In this document: one piece after another, positions 40,827 to 53,949 of the stretch
Numbering within the stretch: position 1 is the stretch's first letter
How the letters are laid out: every line of letters begins with the position of its first letter
DNA from: Octopus vulgaris
Lineage: Eukaryota
NCBI GenBank assembly: GCA_951406725.2
Contig: OX597816.1
Location: 47,616,001-47,680,000 of the forward strand
Reading direction: 5' to 3'
Length of the DNA stretch: 64,000 bases
The notes under the pieces: generated by a model
Told to the model about the DNA's origin: nothing
The model's input: only the letters and a program-made list of their open reading frames with translations
Databases searched by the model: none
Translations under genes and position numbers: made by a program

Positions 40827-41045
40827 TTCAGATGAATATGGTACTTATGTTGAGGTACCAGAATTTAGTACGGTTTTATCCATACAATTTCAAAATAAGG
40901 TGATTAAAATGAAAATAAGCAACAAGGATATCCAGAGGTAATGCAGTATGATCGTTTCAAGCAACTCCATTTAATTGAACAAGGCAATCATTACATCAGT
41001 TTAAATGCAGAGCAATCCTCAGTTGCATAAAGACAGAATTTCATT
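40827..41045 (-). mobile_element. Short element with hammerhead-like motif; same family as 62042-62212
   Basis: Colinear similarity to 62042-62160; minus-strand tgcaa CTGAGGA...GAAA cgatca TA ctgca. Confidence 0.6.
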
Positions 41046-41084
41046 AAGTATATATGTATATAATATGTATAAATATTAATTGAT

Positions 41085-41402
41085 TCGAGTGAGGTTGTAT
41101 TCAAGCAAGGTTGTAGCCAGTGCTGTTAGACTGACTCCTGTGCAGGTGGCATGTAAAAAGCACCATTTGAGTATGGTTGTTGCCAGCACTGCCTGACTGG
41201 CTCTCATGCCGGTGGTACGTAAAAGCAGTCACTATACTCTCAGAGTGGTTGGTGTTTGGAAGGGCATCCAGCTGTAGAAACTCTGCCAGATCAGATTTGA
41301 GCCTGGTGCAGCAATCTGGTTCACCAGTTCTCAGTCAAATCATCCAACCCATGCCAGCATGGAAAGCGGACGTTAAACAATGATGATGATGATGATGATG
41401 AT
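41085..41402 (+). mobile_element. RTE-type 3' end fragment with (GAT)n tail
   Basis: GGAAGGGCATCCAGCTGTAGAAAC...CCATGCCAGCATGGAAAGCGGACGTTAAA. Confidence 0.85.
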
Positions 41403-42027
41403 GGTTAAACTATTTCAAGATAATTTCTTTTCCTCCCTCTATTGTGGTAATATTTTGGTATATACTCAAAAGTATTAAAAAAAACTTTTTATACTTTTGT
41501 TATAATATTCTTAATCTTCTGAATAACCCTAAATTTTAACTCTATACAATATGGCAATATTGTTTAAAATATTTAATTATAGTACCACATGATAAGATTT
41601 TCCCCGTTTCATTATCAATGGTTTACAAGTGGCCTGCCCCTTTAAATGTCAGCTAACATTTTGATTTAACATTTCCTTTACCAAGTCTCATGATATTACT
41701 TCAAATAAATCTTGATAAAATCACTCCAATTGCTTCAACTCACGAATCAAAACAGTTCTAGAAGTTTTGAATAAAGAATCTCATGAATTTTATTTTCTGT
41801 CACTATTTATATAATCTCTACTAACACTACAGAATTCCAGAAGGAAATCTAGTAGTATATTCATTTCTACTGTATGATGATATCAGGTGACCAATAACTA
41901 TGAATGAGCTTTACACAACTTTCTACAAGCTTATTTTACCCAAATATAACTTTATATATATATATATATATATATGGATAAAAAAAGTCAAGATAGAAAA
42001 TCTAAAATAATTTTATAAAAAACATTT

Positions 42028-42063
42028 CAGTACCGGTTTCAGTCATTGAGACTTTTTCAACTG
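42028..42063 (-). ncRNA. Minimal hammerhead motif, U3-A8 variant
   Basis: cag TTGAAAA agtc tcaat gact GAAA ccgg TA ctg; all three stems pair. Confidence 0.7.
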
Positions 42064-42169
42064 TAAGTATGAAAAACAATTAAAAGTTTTTTTAAAAGAA
42101 TATTTGCATAGTGTTCAAATACAAGTGGCATTTTCCTTGTTTCTGGCTGTCTCTCTCTCTCTCTCTTTG

Positions 42170-43102
42170 GAATGTCATCCTTGCTGTAAGTGACTGAGCA
42201 TTATCCTGATGGAAGAACACCTTTCATCTTGAAGCCAAAGATGGTCGTTTTCCTTCTAGCACTGACTTAAGCTGCTCAAGCTTCTCACAGTAGATCTCCT
42301 TTGTTATTGTTTGATTTGGGTTTAAAAGTTCAAAGTAGACTAAACCTTTCATATCCCACCAAACAGATAACAACACCTTACGTGGGTGAAGACCTTCTTT
42401 GGCCTGGGGTGCTGGTGTTTCTACTTTCCTTACCTACTGTCTTCAGTGCTTGACATTTTTATGGAGAACCCATTTCTCATCACCAGTCGCTATTCAGTCC
42501 AAAAAAGGTTCATTCGTGAGATGTGACAGCAAAGAAGAGCACACATTCACTCTCTGCATGCAATTAGTCTCGAAAAATTTGCAAGGAACCCATTAGTCCA
42601 ATTTGCCTACTTTGCTAATGGCATGCAGGTGTTGATGAATGGTTGAATGATCAAATCCATGCTTCACTGCTAGTTCCTGAACAGTTATGATGGGATATTG
42701 TTCTACCAGTGTTTGCAGGATATCCTTGCCAAGCTCTACAGATCGTCCAGGATGAGGCTCATCATTTCTGACTCAGAATTTCTGGAATCACCATTGACAC
42801 TGCCTTATCCTTATTGTCATATACTGTATTAATATTCCTCACACTTTCTGTTGCATTGTTGCCTTTATTAAACTTATTAAGCAAAATATGCTGAATGTGC
42901 TCCTTTGGCACTTCCATTATAGCTTTGAAAATATAACAGTTAAAATCGAACTGCACTCTTCAAATCTTGCACAAAGAATAAGATTAAAGGTAAAATTACT
43001 ACCTGCTTTTATAGCAAGTTGATGCAAGTATTTTATCCTATCCTCCTCCGACTTTTAGTTCATGCAATTAAAAAGAAACGCATTATTTATGGGATGACCC
43101 AA
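42170..43102 (-). mobile_element. Degenerate mariner element
   Basis: MEVPKEHIQHILL...GNNATESVRNINTVY N-terminus; VFFHQDNA; end TA|TTGGGTCATCCCATAAATAATGCG. Confidence 0.85.
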
Positions 43103-43767
43103 TATATAGATTTTTATATATGAATTTTTATATGTATGTATGTGTATGAGTTGCTTATATAAAAAGAAACCTGTTACTGTTTTATTAATATCTATAAGCT
43201 TTCTCAACCCATGAGCTAAATTTTTAAAACAAACTTACATTTATATTAATTAACTATTTATTTACCATTAATTAATTTATTCTTGACATGCATGATTTCT
43301 CTTTAATTTAAAATTTCTTTTTGACTCAAGGTTGTGTTTGATTTTATTCAACATGATATTTATGTCATTTCTATTTTCAATTTTAATTTTTATTTGTATT
43401 TTATTTTCTATTTGTATATTTACTGTCTCAACTTGCATACTTCTGAAAGACTGTTAATAGAAACAACCAATCAAATTCAAATTTGTATCTGTCAATGTGA
43501 ATTATATCAAAATATTAATTATATGTACAACCTCAATTCTTATTCCATTCTGGATCACGACTACCTGATGAACTCTGAGTAGCAGATTTTTGTGATATTT
43601 TTGAGATGTTTTTGCAGATTTAATAATAAAGTATATATATATATAAATAACAAACCGAGGAAAAGAGATCTTTCAAAGGGGTGTGTTAAACATCCAAATC
43701 ACTGGTACGTCAACTGAATACCATATAAATATTGGTATAATACAATTACAAAGATAAATTGAACAGG

Positions 43768-44194
43768 GAGATACTATTGACAATCCAATAATTCATTTAT
43801 ATTATAATATTACATGATATGCTATGAATATAATATAACATAACTATAAAAAACCCATAAAAAGCCAACAAATTGTTTCGACTTATATACATTTTCTGAT
43901 ATACATACACAATAACAGTTCCCTTATATATAAGTCACTTCAGGGTCATGGTATAAAGTTAGACGAAATTCCATCTATCTTTAAACCATGACCCTGAAGT
44001 GACTTATATATATAAGGGAACTGTTATTGTGTATGTATATCAGAAAATGTATATAAGTTGAAACAATTTGTTGGCCTTTTTATGTTTTTTTTTCATAAAT
44101 TTTTCATGTTATATAATATTATGTTATATTATATTCATAGTATATCATGTAATATTATACTATAAATAAATTATTGGATTGTCAATAGTATCTC
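43768..44194. mobile_element. Palindromic mini-element with hammerhead-like motif in each arm
   Basis: Arms about 43768-43958 and 43979-44194; CTGAAGT-gacttatata...tatataagt(c/t)-GAAA-caatttg-TT. Confidence 0.75.
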
Positions 44195-44239
44195 TCTCTC
44201 TAAGTTATATATATATATATCTTTATATGTGTGTGTGTG

Positions 44240-44277
<38 letters not shown>

Positions 44278-44645
44278 GTATGCACACACGTACATACACA
44301 CACATGCATGCATGTGTGTGCATATACACACATGCATGTGTGTGTATGTACGTGTGTGCATACATATATGTATATATATATATATATAAATGTATGCACA
44401 CATGTACATATACACACATGCATGCATGTGTGCACATACACACATATACATACACCCACACACACACACACACATGTATCATGGGCTTTCACACACTTTC
44501 TATTTACAGATTTCACTCCCACAGCATTAAGAAGACACTTGTTGAAGGTACAATGAAGTAGAACTGAACCAAAGACTACATAGTTGCGAAGCACTACATA
44601 GCTTAATATACTAAGTAACATTTTGAAGGGAAGTCTTTTGTTTAA

Positions 44646-44864
44646 CCCTTTAGTATTTAAACCGGCCATATCCGGCCAAAATAGCTAATCTGTTTTATGT
44701 TCAAACTGACCAGATCCAGGCTCTCACACCTACCCTACAATGTTATTCTACATTAAGTAATTACACCATCAAGATCTTGAAGATATGAGATAATGCATGA
44801 TTAATTCAAATCAATGGGAATCAATAGGCATTATGTTTGATAGAATAATCTGAACACTAAAGGG
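44646..44864. mobile_element. piggyBac-like MITE
   Basis: TTAA|CCCTTTAGT...ACTAAAGGG|TTAA. Confidence 0.82.
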
Positions 44865-45458
44865 TTAAACAGTATCAGTGTTTTTCATTTATGGCTTAAA
44901 TAGCTTCAGAAGGAAAATTGCATTAGGAAAGATACTCTGTGAGTTAGAGTTATAATTTCTGATATACATTAATTTGTTACATGCTGCAACAGAGAACCTT
45001 CAAAATTGAATGATATAATATGATGTTTCATGCTTGTTCAGATAGCATCCCACATTTAGTCTGTGTTCTTACCAAGCTTTTAAATCTTCCTCTCTATTAA
45101 GCACTTATCTATCATCCTAAAAGCAAGATGTTGTATGTCCTATCACCAATAAGGTAGCATCTTTCTAACTCTGCTAACACTTTCTTTCAGTTATAATGTT
45201 TCAAAGATGATAGAAGCAAATCATTGAAGACCATCTCCCCTGGCACCTTGGATTTCGTGGTGACCTTTTATCAAGTAGTAATATGGATTTCATAAAGTTA
45301 TATCTGGTAGTAATTAAGATCATTTCTATGATATACAAGAAGTCTCAAGTACAAGAAAACTATCATTTATACAAAAGTTGCTGAATACAATAACAAAAAG
45401 GTGTTTGTTTCATTCACAAACAATATTATAACAACTACTGCTAAGATTTTGGTTTCTT

Positions 45459-45880
45459 ATTTCTTTATTGCCCAGAAGGGGCTAAACATAGAGGGGACAA
45501 ACAAGGACAGACAAAGGGATTAAGTTGATTACATCGACCCCAGTATGCAACTGGTACTTAATTTATCGACCCCAAAAGGATGAAAGGCAAAGCTGACCTT
45601 GGCGGAATTTGAACTCAAAACGTGTGGGTAGTAAAGAAATACCTATTTCTTTACTACCCACAAGGGGCTAAACACAGAGGGGACAAACAAGGACAGACAA
45701 ACGGATTAAGTCAATTATATTGACCCCAGTGCGTAACTGGTACTTATTTAATCGACCCTGAAAGGATAAATGGCAAAGTTGACCTCAGCGGAATTTGAAC
45801 TCAGAACGTAGCAGCAGACGAAATACGGCTACGCATTTCGCCCGGCATGCTAATGTTTCTACCAAGTTGCTACCTTTAAT
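45459..45880 (-). mobile_element. SINE family B tandem dimer with 24-bp TSD
   Basis: ACTACTGCTAAGAT(T/C)TTGGTTTCT at 45435 and 45881. Confidence 0.88.
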
Positions 45881-47104
45881 ACTACTGCTAAGATCTTGGT
45901 TTCTGTCTCCAACTAAGAAAGAAATTTCAATAAATGAAGAATTCATTCTGTATAGCATTGAGTATGCCACCCATTAGCTTAATTATCCAAATTCATGCTA
46001 GTGGTTCATTTTAATTACTTCCCTTTGCTCATTTCATTGTTGACTAGCTTAAAAGCCACATTCCATGTGGACTTTTAAGGTAGCTCCTGTGAAGGGCTAA
46101 TTGAGCTTACAGTCCAAACCTAAAGAGAGCAATAATAATAAAGCATTTATTGCTGCCCTACCAATATGGTATTACTTTCAATTCAGTTTAAATTAAAAAC
46201 TTGTAAGTTCACAAATTTAGGGAGTTCTTTTAAAATTAGAATTTTCAACTGTTAGCATATAACAAAACCTCATCTAGACCTGATTTCAATGCTGGATGTT
46301 CAAGAACCAAGTTGAAGGGCAGATTTTTAATTTTGGGATCATCCTGATTCCCAAAAAGGTATCGTATGTCTATGTAGAGCAACTGTGGACTGAGATATAG
46401 GGGTCCTAGATGGACAGGCAAACAGAATTACATGTTAATTATTATAGATTATATAAATTAGGCTGGGAAAAACTTATTCATAACTATTTTTCTGTTTATA
46501 AAAATCTATGTTAATTGATTATCAAGTTTGGTTAGACAATAGTAAGCTGATGAGGTCTGATAGGCTGAAACATTTCATAGTTGTTTTTCTTTGGCAACAA
46601 TGTTCACAATTGTTTTCACTTAGGTATGCATATCAGGCATAGGCACAATTTTTTGAGAAATGGTGTGAAACATGGCTCATGGTGGGGCCATGCTACTAAA
46701 AAAATTTTCATTGATGTTCCTTCTAGAAAGTCCCACAATCTGCAATTTTCTGATGACAGATGTAAATTAACTTTGAGAAATTAATCATCAACTAATGAGA
46801 CATGTGAATATTTCATGGAATTAATGGTAAACCTACTGGGTTATTTCTGAAAACTTTATCCAAAACATCTGAGAGCGTAGTCTGTGTCTGTATGGAAAGA
46901 TAGTTGCACATCTGCTCCTCATTGAAAAATGGAAGAAATTGGAATAGGATGATTACATAATGCATTTATATATACACATTATATACTTTAAGCACAATTT
47001 TATAGATTTAATTACACAGTACTCATCAAATAAATATATTATCTTATTTTTCCTTTTTTCCCCATAAACAAAAACAAATATCACCATAGTTAAATTGAAT
47101 ATGT

Positions 47105-47350
47105 GGAGGTGCTTGGTTTAGTAGTTAGGGTGTTGAACTCCTGATCGTAAGGTTGTTGTTTCAATTCCTGGACTGGGCGATGCGTTGTGTTCTTGAGCAA
47201 AACACTTCATCTCACATTGCTCCAGTCCACTCAACTGGCAAAAATGAGTAATCCTGCGGCGGACAGGCATCCTGTCCAGGTGGGGAATTTCTACGCCATT
47301 GAAACCGGGAAACTGGCCCTTGTGAGCCTGGCATGGCTTGAGAAGGAGCA
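47105..47350 (+). mobile_element. tRNA-derived SINE family C
   Basis: TGGTTTAGTAGTTAGGG A box; GTTTCAATTCC B box. Confidence 0.8.
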
Positions 47351-47769
47351 TTTATTACCTATTTTATTTTAAATTGTATATGTCTGCCACATAAATAAGC
47401 ACAAATATTTCATAGAATTGTACTTATGTGCATGTGTAAAGTGATAGGGGATACAAAAAGCTTAGTTCAATTAAAAAAACATTTTTCACTATTCACTCGC
47501 CACCGCCACCTCCACCACCACCACCACCACCACCACCACCACTACCACCATCACCGCCACCACCACCTCCACCACCACCTCCCCCTACCACCACCATCAC
47601 TACCACCATCGCCACCACCACTTCCATCTCCAGCAGGATCAGCACCACCATCATTATCTCTCTCCCTGCTCTCTCTCTCTGTGCTTGACTTTACCCTCGT
47701 CATCAGAACATCACCCCTCTGCTAAAATTATATTTTTAACTCTCCTTCTCTACCATCAACTAACTTTTT

Positions 47770-48245
47770 TAACCATGTAATAAATATTACGTTCTCCTTA
47801 CCTCATGTCAGGGATGCTTCTCTCTCCCTCTTTTCTTCTCTTCATCTTTTTCTCTTTCCTTTTTCTTTCTCTCTCTTGATCTTCCTTTCCCTTCAACATG
47901 AAATCATTACAATTACGTTTCCTCCTCTACCCCACGTCATGGACGCTTCTCTCTCCTTCTTTTCCTCTCTCTGTCTTTTTCTCTATCTCCCTCTTTTTCT
48001 CTCTCTGTCTTTTTCTCTCTCTCTCCCTCTATTTCTCTCTCTGTAATTTTCTCTCTCCCTCTTTTTCTCTCTCTCCATCATTTTTCCCTCTCCTTTTTCT
48101 TTCTCCCTCTTGATCTCCCTTTCCCTTCAACAGGAAAGCATTAAAGCATTACAATTATGCTTCCTCCTCTACTCCATGTCATGAACACTTCTCTCTCCCT
48201 CTTTTTCTCTCTCTGTCTTTTTCTTTCTCCCTCTTTTTCTTTTTC
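47770..48245. repeat. Pyrimidine-rich imperfect tandem repeat
   Basis: CCTTTCCCTTCAACA...ATTACAATTA...TCCTCCTCTAC..CA.GTCATG recurs near 47885 and 48120, partially near 47775. Confidence 0.75.
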
Positions 48246-48954
48246 TAATCATGTGAAAGTGCTACAAACCAGCTAAGTATTGGAATGACAAGCAGAATTA
48301 TTATAAGATTGCTTGAAATTGTCTCCCCTTTTCTTTGAGATTTACTAAGTTGCCTCTAAGTTTTCTTTTCCCCAACTAAATAAGATTCACTACTCCACAT
48401 ATTTATTTAAATGTTCATTTTTTTTTTCATCCCTTCTTTCTCTTTGTTTTCATTTTTATTTCTTCTTGAAATTCTGCCAACAGCCACAGCTAGTTCTGTT
48501 GTCATCTAATCTAACAAACACAATCCTTCTTTTCTTCATATTGGATTCTTAAATCCAATATTGTGTTCATTGTTAAAAGCAGTGGCTTCAAGAATCATCC
48601 ACTTCCCATCATTCTACTCTTCCTAGTGGCTTAATAATCCTGTAATATTTAATGACATCGAAATCCGCTCTCCATGCCCCACAAAAACTAAAGAACCAAA
48701 AATATTATAAACCTTCAAAATCTTTGCTTTGCTATGCAATCCAATCTGATATTCTGCACTTTAATTGAAGTTTTTCATTAGCAAAGTTTTAAGAATATGA
48801 TTTGTTTTAAAATATTGGAATTTGACTGAATTATTTTTATATTGCAAGTGTTATGGCATCAGGTGTTGTATTCTCTCACAGAACATCTTAATTTCTTCTA
48901 TAGCTATTTTGGTAATAGATAATATGCTGCAACCCTTGTCTTCTGGTTGGAAAA

Positions 48955-49600
48955 ATCATTGTCATTGTCGTCGTCATCATTATTGTCTTTGCCTTTGTCA
49001 TTGCTGTCATCATTGTCATTTGTCATCATTATCGTCGTCATCATTTTCGTCGTCATCATTGTCGTCATTGTCATTGTCATCATCATCATTGTCGTCATTC
49101 TCATTGTCGTCGTTGTCATTGTCATTATCATCATTGTCATCGTCATCATTGTCATTGTCGTCATTGTCCTTGTCATCACTGTTGATGTCTTCATTGTCAT
49201 TGACGCCATTTTCATCATCATCATTGTCGTCATTATCATTGTCATCATCATCCTTGTTGTCGTTGCTATCGTTGTCATTGTCGTCATCATTGTCATTGGC
49301 ATTATCATTGTCGTCGTCATTATCATTGTTGTTGTCATTGTGTCATTGTCATCATCATTGTCGTCGTCATTGTCATTGTCGTTGTCATTGTCATCGTTGT
49401 TGTCATCATTGTCATTGTTATCATCATTGTCTTCATTGTCATCATCATCATTGTTGTTGTTGTTATTATTATCACTGTCATTGTCATCATCATTGTTGTT
49501 GTCGCCATTGTCATCTTTGTCATCATCCTTGTCATTGCCATTGTCTTTGTCTTTGTCATGGCCATTGTCATTTTTGTCATTGTCATCATTGTCATCATTG
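48955..49600. repeat. Cryptic (TCA/TCG/TTG)n low-complexity repeat
   Basis: Seen directly. Confidence 0.95.
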
Positions 49601-49849
49601 GTGGCAGCAGCATTTTAGCATCTACATTTCCATGCTTGATTGGATTAGATAGGATCCATTGATGTAAGTATTCTCTGGTCGGATACTCTCCTTGTTGCCA
49701 GTTCTCACCTGTTTCCAAGCAAGATAATATTTACCCTAGTCCTGACATGTTTCCATGGAAAATTGAAAACAAACATCACTGCTTGTACAACAGTGGCGTT
49801 GCATTTATATTTAGCACACAAGCTAAGTGGGATCGTAGTTGGGGGATGA

Positions 49850-50290
49850 TGCTAGAGTCACATAATTGTAACCTTTCGAGTGTTGGACCTCACGAAAGCA
49901 ATGTGATTAAAGCTGATGCTGCTTGTTGTTGTTGTTGTTGGTCACCTCAAGCACCTGAGGATAACTCTCAGAAGTGCTAGAGCTGCGGAAGGGAGACGAA
50001 TCATCTCATCCATTGTAGCCTTTAGTTTGCAGATATATCTTTCCACCATCAAGGCCGGACATCTCAGCCAGAGATGTTCTGAAGATTCTACCTCCTCATT
50101 ACAGAGTCTGCATTGATCTGTGATACTGCGTTCTGCCATCTTTTGCCACTGCCCGAGTGCTGGATGATAACCACTATGGAAGCGTATCATGTCTGTGAAG
50201 TCCACCTTTGAGAGGGCTACTTTGGTTCTTTCATCCAGCTTCTTTGTGAAGACTTCCTTCAGACGGGGGTGTTGAATTGGTGTTGGCTGG
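49850..50290 (-). mobile_element. LINE 3' fragment with CCHC zinc knuckle
   Basis: RFHSGYH...CRLCNEEVESSEHLWLRC then stop and (CAA)n. Confidence 0.75.
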
Positions 50291-50630
50291 AATGTTTGAC
50301 ATGCTGCATAACTAGCACCTGTGCTGGTGGTACCTTTTGTGTGTTGGGCCTCATGGAGGCAATGACAAGTGACCAAGACCCATGGCAATATGCCATGTTT
50401 GTGTAAAAGACCCAACAAACTAAGCGAAATCATAGTCCTGGAAGATACTGGTGTCACACAAATGACACCTGTGCTGATGGCATGTTTGGCATTAGGAAGG
50501 GTATCCAGCTGCAGAAACCATGCCAAATCAGACTAGAGTCTGGTGCAGCCCTCTCAGCTAACTAGCTCTGGTCAAACTGTCCAACCCATGCCAACATGGA
50601 CAACAGATGTTAAATGATGATGATAATGAC
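50290..50630 (+). mobile_element. RTE-type 3' UTR fragment
   Basis: Shared tail and (GAT)n. Confidence 0.78.
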
Positions 50631-50702
50631 ATAATATCAAGACATGGAGACAGAAAATCACTCACCTACTCACTCACAAATACATACATAAGCACTAATA
50701 TA

Positions 50703-51985
50703 CACAGACATGCAGGAAGTAAATAGACACCTTTAATTTTCAAAATCTTTTATTTAATACGCAAAGTAAACAATTGAAATGTAATCGATAGGTAGGACTA
50801 CATACTTTAGTATTTAGTTGACATTCCGTTTGCAGTTTTTAATTCAGAAACTCTCTTTGGTATTGAACTGATGAGCTTTGTGATTGTCTCTTGTGGAATT
50901 TCTGCCCACTTTTCACGCACCAATTGAAACAATTCATCTTTAGATTTAGGTTTCTGTTGAGTTTTTTGTATAGCTCTGTCTAGAATACTCTAAAGATTTT
51001 CATTTGGGTTCATGTCAGGAGATTGGCTCGGCCAAGGAAGCTTTTTGATCCCATTTTTAGTCAGTCATTGTTGATTCCTTTTCTCTGTGTGGCATGGAGC
51101 CCCATCTTCCATGAATAAAAATTCATTTTTCGTTATGTTATCGTGTGAATACATCGGAAGTAGTCCTTGCTTAAGTATTTTGATGTATTTTTCAGAGTTT
51201 CTGGTTCCAACACATTTGATCAGCTCAGAATGACATTTGCTGGTGACAGCTCCCCATAACATTACAGAGATATTGCCATGTTTCACAGTTTGTTGGAGTC
51301 ATTTCAAATCAAATCAATTTCTTGACTGGGAAGCCTCCAGACCCAAACACGTTCACTGTCTGAAAATAATGCAAATCTGGATTCATCTGTGTAAATCACT
51401 TTATCCCAAAATGAACTGGATTTTTGTGACATCTCCTTATAGCCCATATCTTTCTTTTCCTGATATTAATTGGTTGAAGGAGAAGTTTTCTTCTAGCTGC
51501 TCATCCATGATACCCAAGCTTATGCAGATATGTAACACATGTTCTTGGACTAACTTCTAGCTGTTTTGCAATGTCAGAAGTCTTTGAATGGGGTTCATTT
51601 TCCACAATTCTCTTCAAACAGCAAAGCTTCCTTTCCAAAGGCCCAGGTCAGCTGGGACGAGAATCTTTGATTCTTTTCCTTGGCTTTTGAATTGCACTAT
51701 AATTCTATTAACAGTAGCAAGAGGAATTTGAAGATTTTCGACAATTTTTCACTGGCTAAGACCAGCCTTAGATTGCCCAACAATACAACCTCTTTGAAAA
51801 TCTGACAGTTCTGCTGAATTTTATGTACATGGCATGGTTACTCTTTACAAATGTTTAATATAATGGCATCTGGAATGAAAAAGAATAATTACATTGTAAA
51901 TTCTACACTGCTGAAAACATATTAAGATGCTTAGACTAGAAATTTTGAAAATTAAAGGTGTCTATTTACTTCCTGCATATTTGTG
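50703..51985 (-). mobile_element. Tc1-like transposon, degenerate, both TIRs present
   Basis: TIR CACAGACATGCAGGAAGTAAATAGACACCTTTAATTTTCAAAAT and its complement, TA flanks; KHGNISVMLWGA, FMEDGAPCH, WPSQSPDMNP. Confidence 0.92.
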
Positions 51986-51989
51986 TATG

Positions 51990-52210
51990 TCTTTTATCTT
52001 TTACTTCTTTCAATCATTGGATGGCAGTCGTGTTGGGACATAACTCTGAAGGATTGTAGTTGAACAAATTGACACTAGTACTAATGTTGCTTTTTAAAAA
52101 TCCATCAGTCTCTTTTTGCTGAACAGCTTGGTTACAAGGATGTAAACAAGCCAACAATGTTTTTCAAGCACTTTGATGGGAAGTGGGGTTAACAAATAAA
52201 AATACAGTGA

Positions 52211-52249
<39 letters not shown>

Positions 52250-52470
52250 CAGGCATGTGCACATGCACACACACACACACACACACAAGGACGTGTGCAC
52301 ACACACAAGGACATGTGCACGCACACACACACACACACACTCATTGATGGGTGTCTGCACAGTTTCTACAAGATTTACTCATAAGATATTGGTCGGCTTG
52401 GGGCTATAGTAGGGATACATGCCACAAAGTGGGACTGAACTCTAAAGCACTTGGTTACAAAGTGAGCTTC
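51990..52470 (-). mobile_element. SINE family A, diverged
   Basis: Match to family A. Confidence 0.7.
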
Positions 52471-52537
52471 TTAACCATACTATCACATGAGGGGTTATAT
52501 ATGTATATATATATGTGTGCATGTATGTGTGTGCGTG

Positions 52538-52579
<42 letters not shown>

Positions 52580-52584
<5 letters not shown>

Positions 52585-52825
52585 TTTTATCTGTTTCAGT
52601 CATTTTGATTGCTGCCATGCTGGAGCACCACCTTTAGTTAAACAAATCGACTCCAGGAAATATTCTTTGTAAACCTAGTATTTATTCTATCGGTCTCTTT
52701 TTGCCGAGCTGCTAAGTTATAGGGATGTAAACACACTAACATTGGTTGTCGAGTGATAGTGGAGGGACAAACACAGACACACAAACATATACAGACGTAT
52801 TTCAGTTTCCGTCTACCAAATCCAC
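52580..52825 (-). mobile_element. SINE family A (continues 53265-53430)
   Basis: Match to family A. Confidence 0.8.
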
Positions 52826-52839
52826 CCTGTATATATATG

Positions 52840-52871
<32 letters not shown>

Positions 52872-52880
<9 letters not shown>

Positions 52881-52909
52881 ATATTTCGGAATGGTCATTT
52901 TGCCAGTTT

Positions 52910-52910
<1 letters not shown>
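52872..52910 (-). mobile_element. Tiny fragment of the PLE 3' terminus
   Basis: ATATTGTTATATTTCGGAATGGTCAT.TTGCCAGTTTA matches 34397-34434. Confidence 0.85.
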
Positions 52911-52993
<83 letters not shown>

Positions 52994-53085
52994 GGTTGTG
53001 TCTGGGGAGAGTCATTTTCTTTTTGTACCTTATAATTTAACACACTCACCAACAAAATTTCCACTTATTTCTTATTTTTATTTTC

Positions 53086-53122
53086 CTAAAATTTTCGTTA
53101 TTTCTTGCAACATTTTCAATAG
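53086..53122 (-). ncRNA. Minimal hammerhead motif, U3-A8 variant, in a 150-bp island within (TA)n
   Basis: cta TTGAAAA t gttg caagaaa taac GAAA at TT tag. Confidence 0.55.
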
Positions 53123-53163
53123 TCTTGAAAATCCAAAAACGAAGTATATATATATATATATAA

Positions 53164-53218
<55 letters not shown>

Positions 53219-53949
53219 GCATACATACATATATGCATCTCTCTCATGCACACACACACACAAATGATGGATTTCAGTTTCCACTTACCCAGTTCACTCA
53301 CAAGGTTTGTGTTGGCCCCAGTGCTATAGTATGAGACTCTCACCTAAAGTACAGTGCAGTGCAGTGTAGAGTCTGATCCTGAAACCATGTTGTTACAAAC
53401 TAAACCTCTTAACCACACAACTATGCCTGAAACTAATTCTCAAACACCCCATACCCCATCCCCCAGACACACCTCCACTACTGATTATACTTTATGAGAT
53501 TTCAAAACAAGTCTTGGAGTTTATCTTTCCTGTTATATTAAGTGAAATAGCAGCACAGATAATAAATCTTGGCATCATAAAGTACATGCCAATACCTCTC
53601 AGGTCAAATACTATTATTCTATAAGTGGAACATCTGAATTAAGTAGCTCCATCCTGTATGAAATAATAATAAGAGGCAAATATGTTTATTATGTTTTGGT
53701 TATTGTTTTATGAATAGCAATTCTTTTTGAGTGGGAAGAAGGCCACCATTTGCAGAGAATTAACCAGAGTAAGGTGAATCACACTCACAGTTCTACTAGT
53801 ACTGTTATGTTACCATGCCCTTCTTTTGTTAATTCTTTTGAGAATTGAAAGGCAAAGTCAACTTTAGTGAGATTTGAACACAGAATGAAACTGCAGGGAC
53901 CAAAGGCATTTTAATCTGATGTTCTACCTTGTTCTACTATCTTCTGCCA

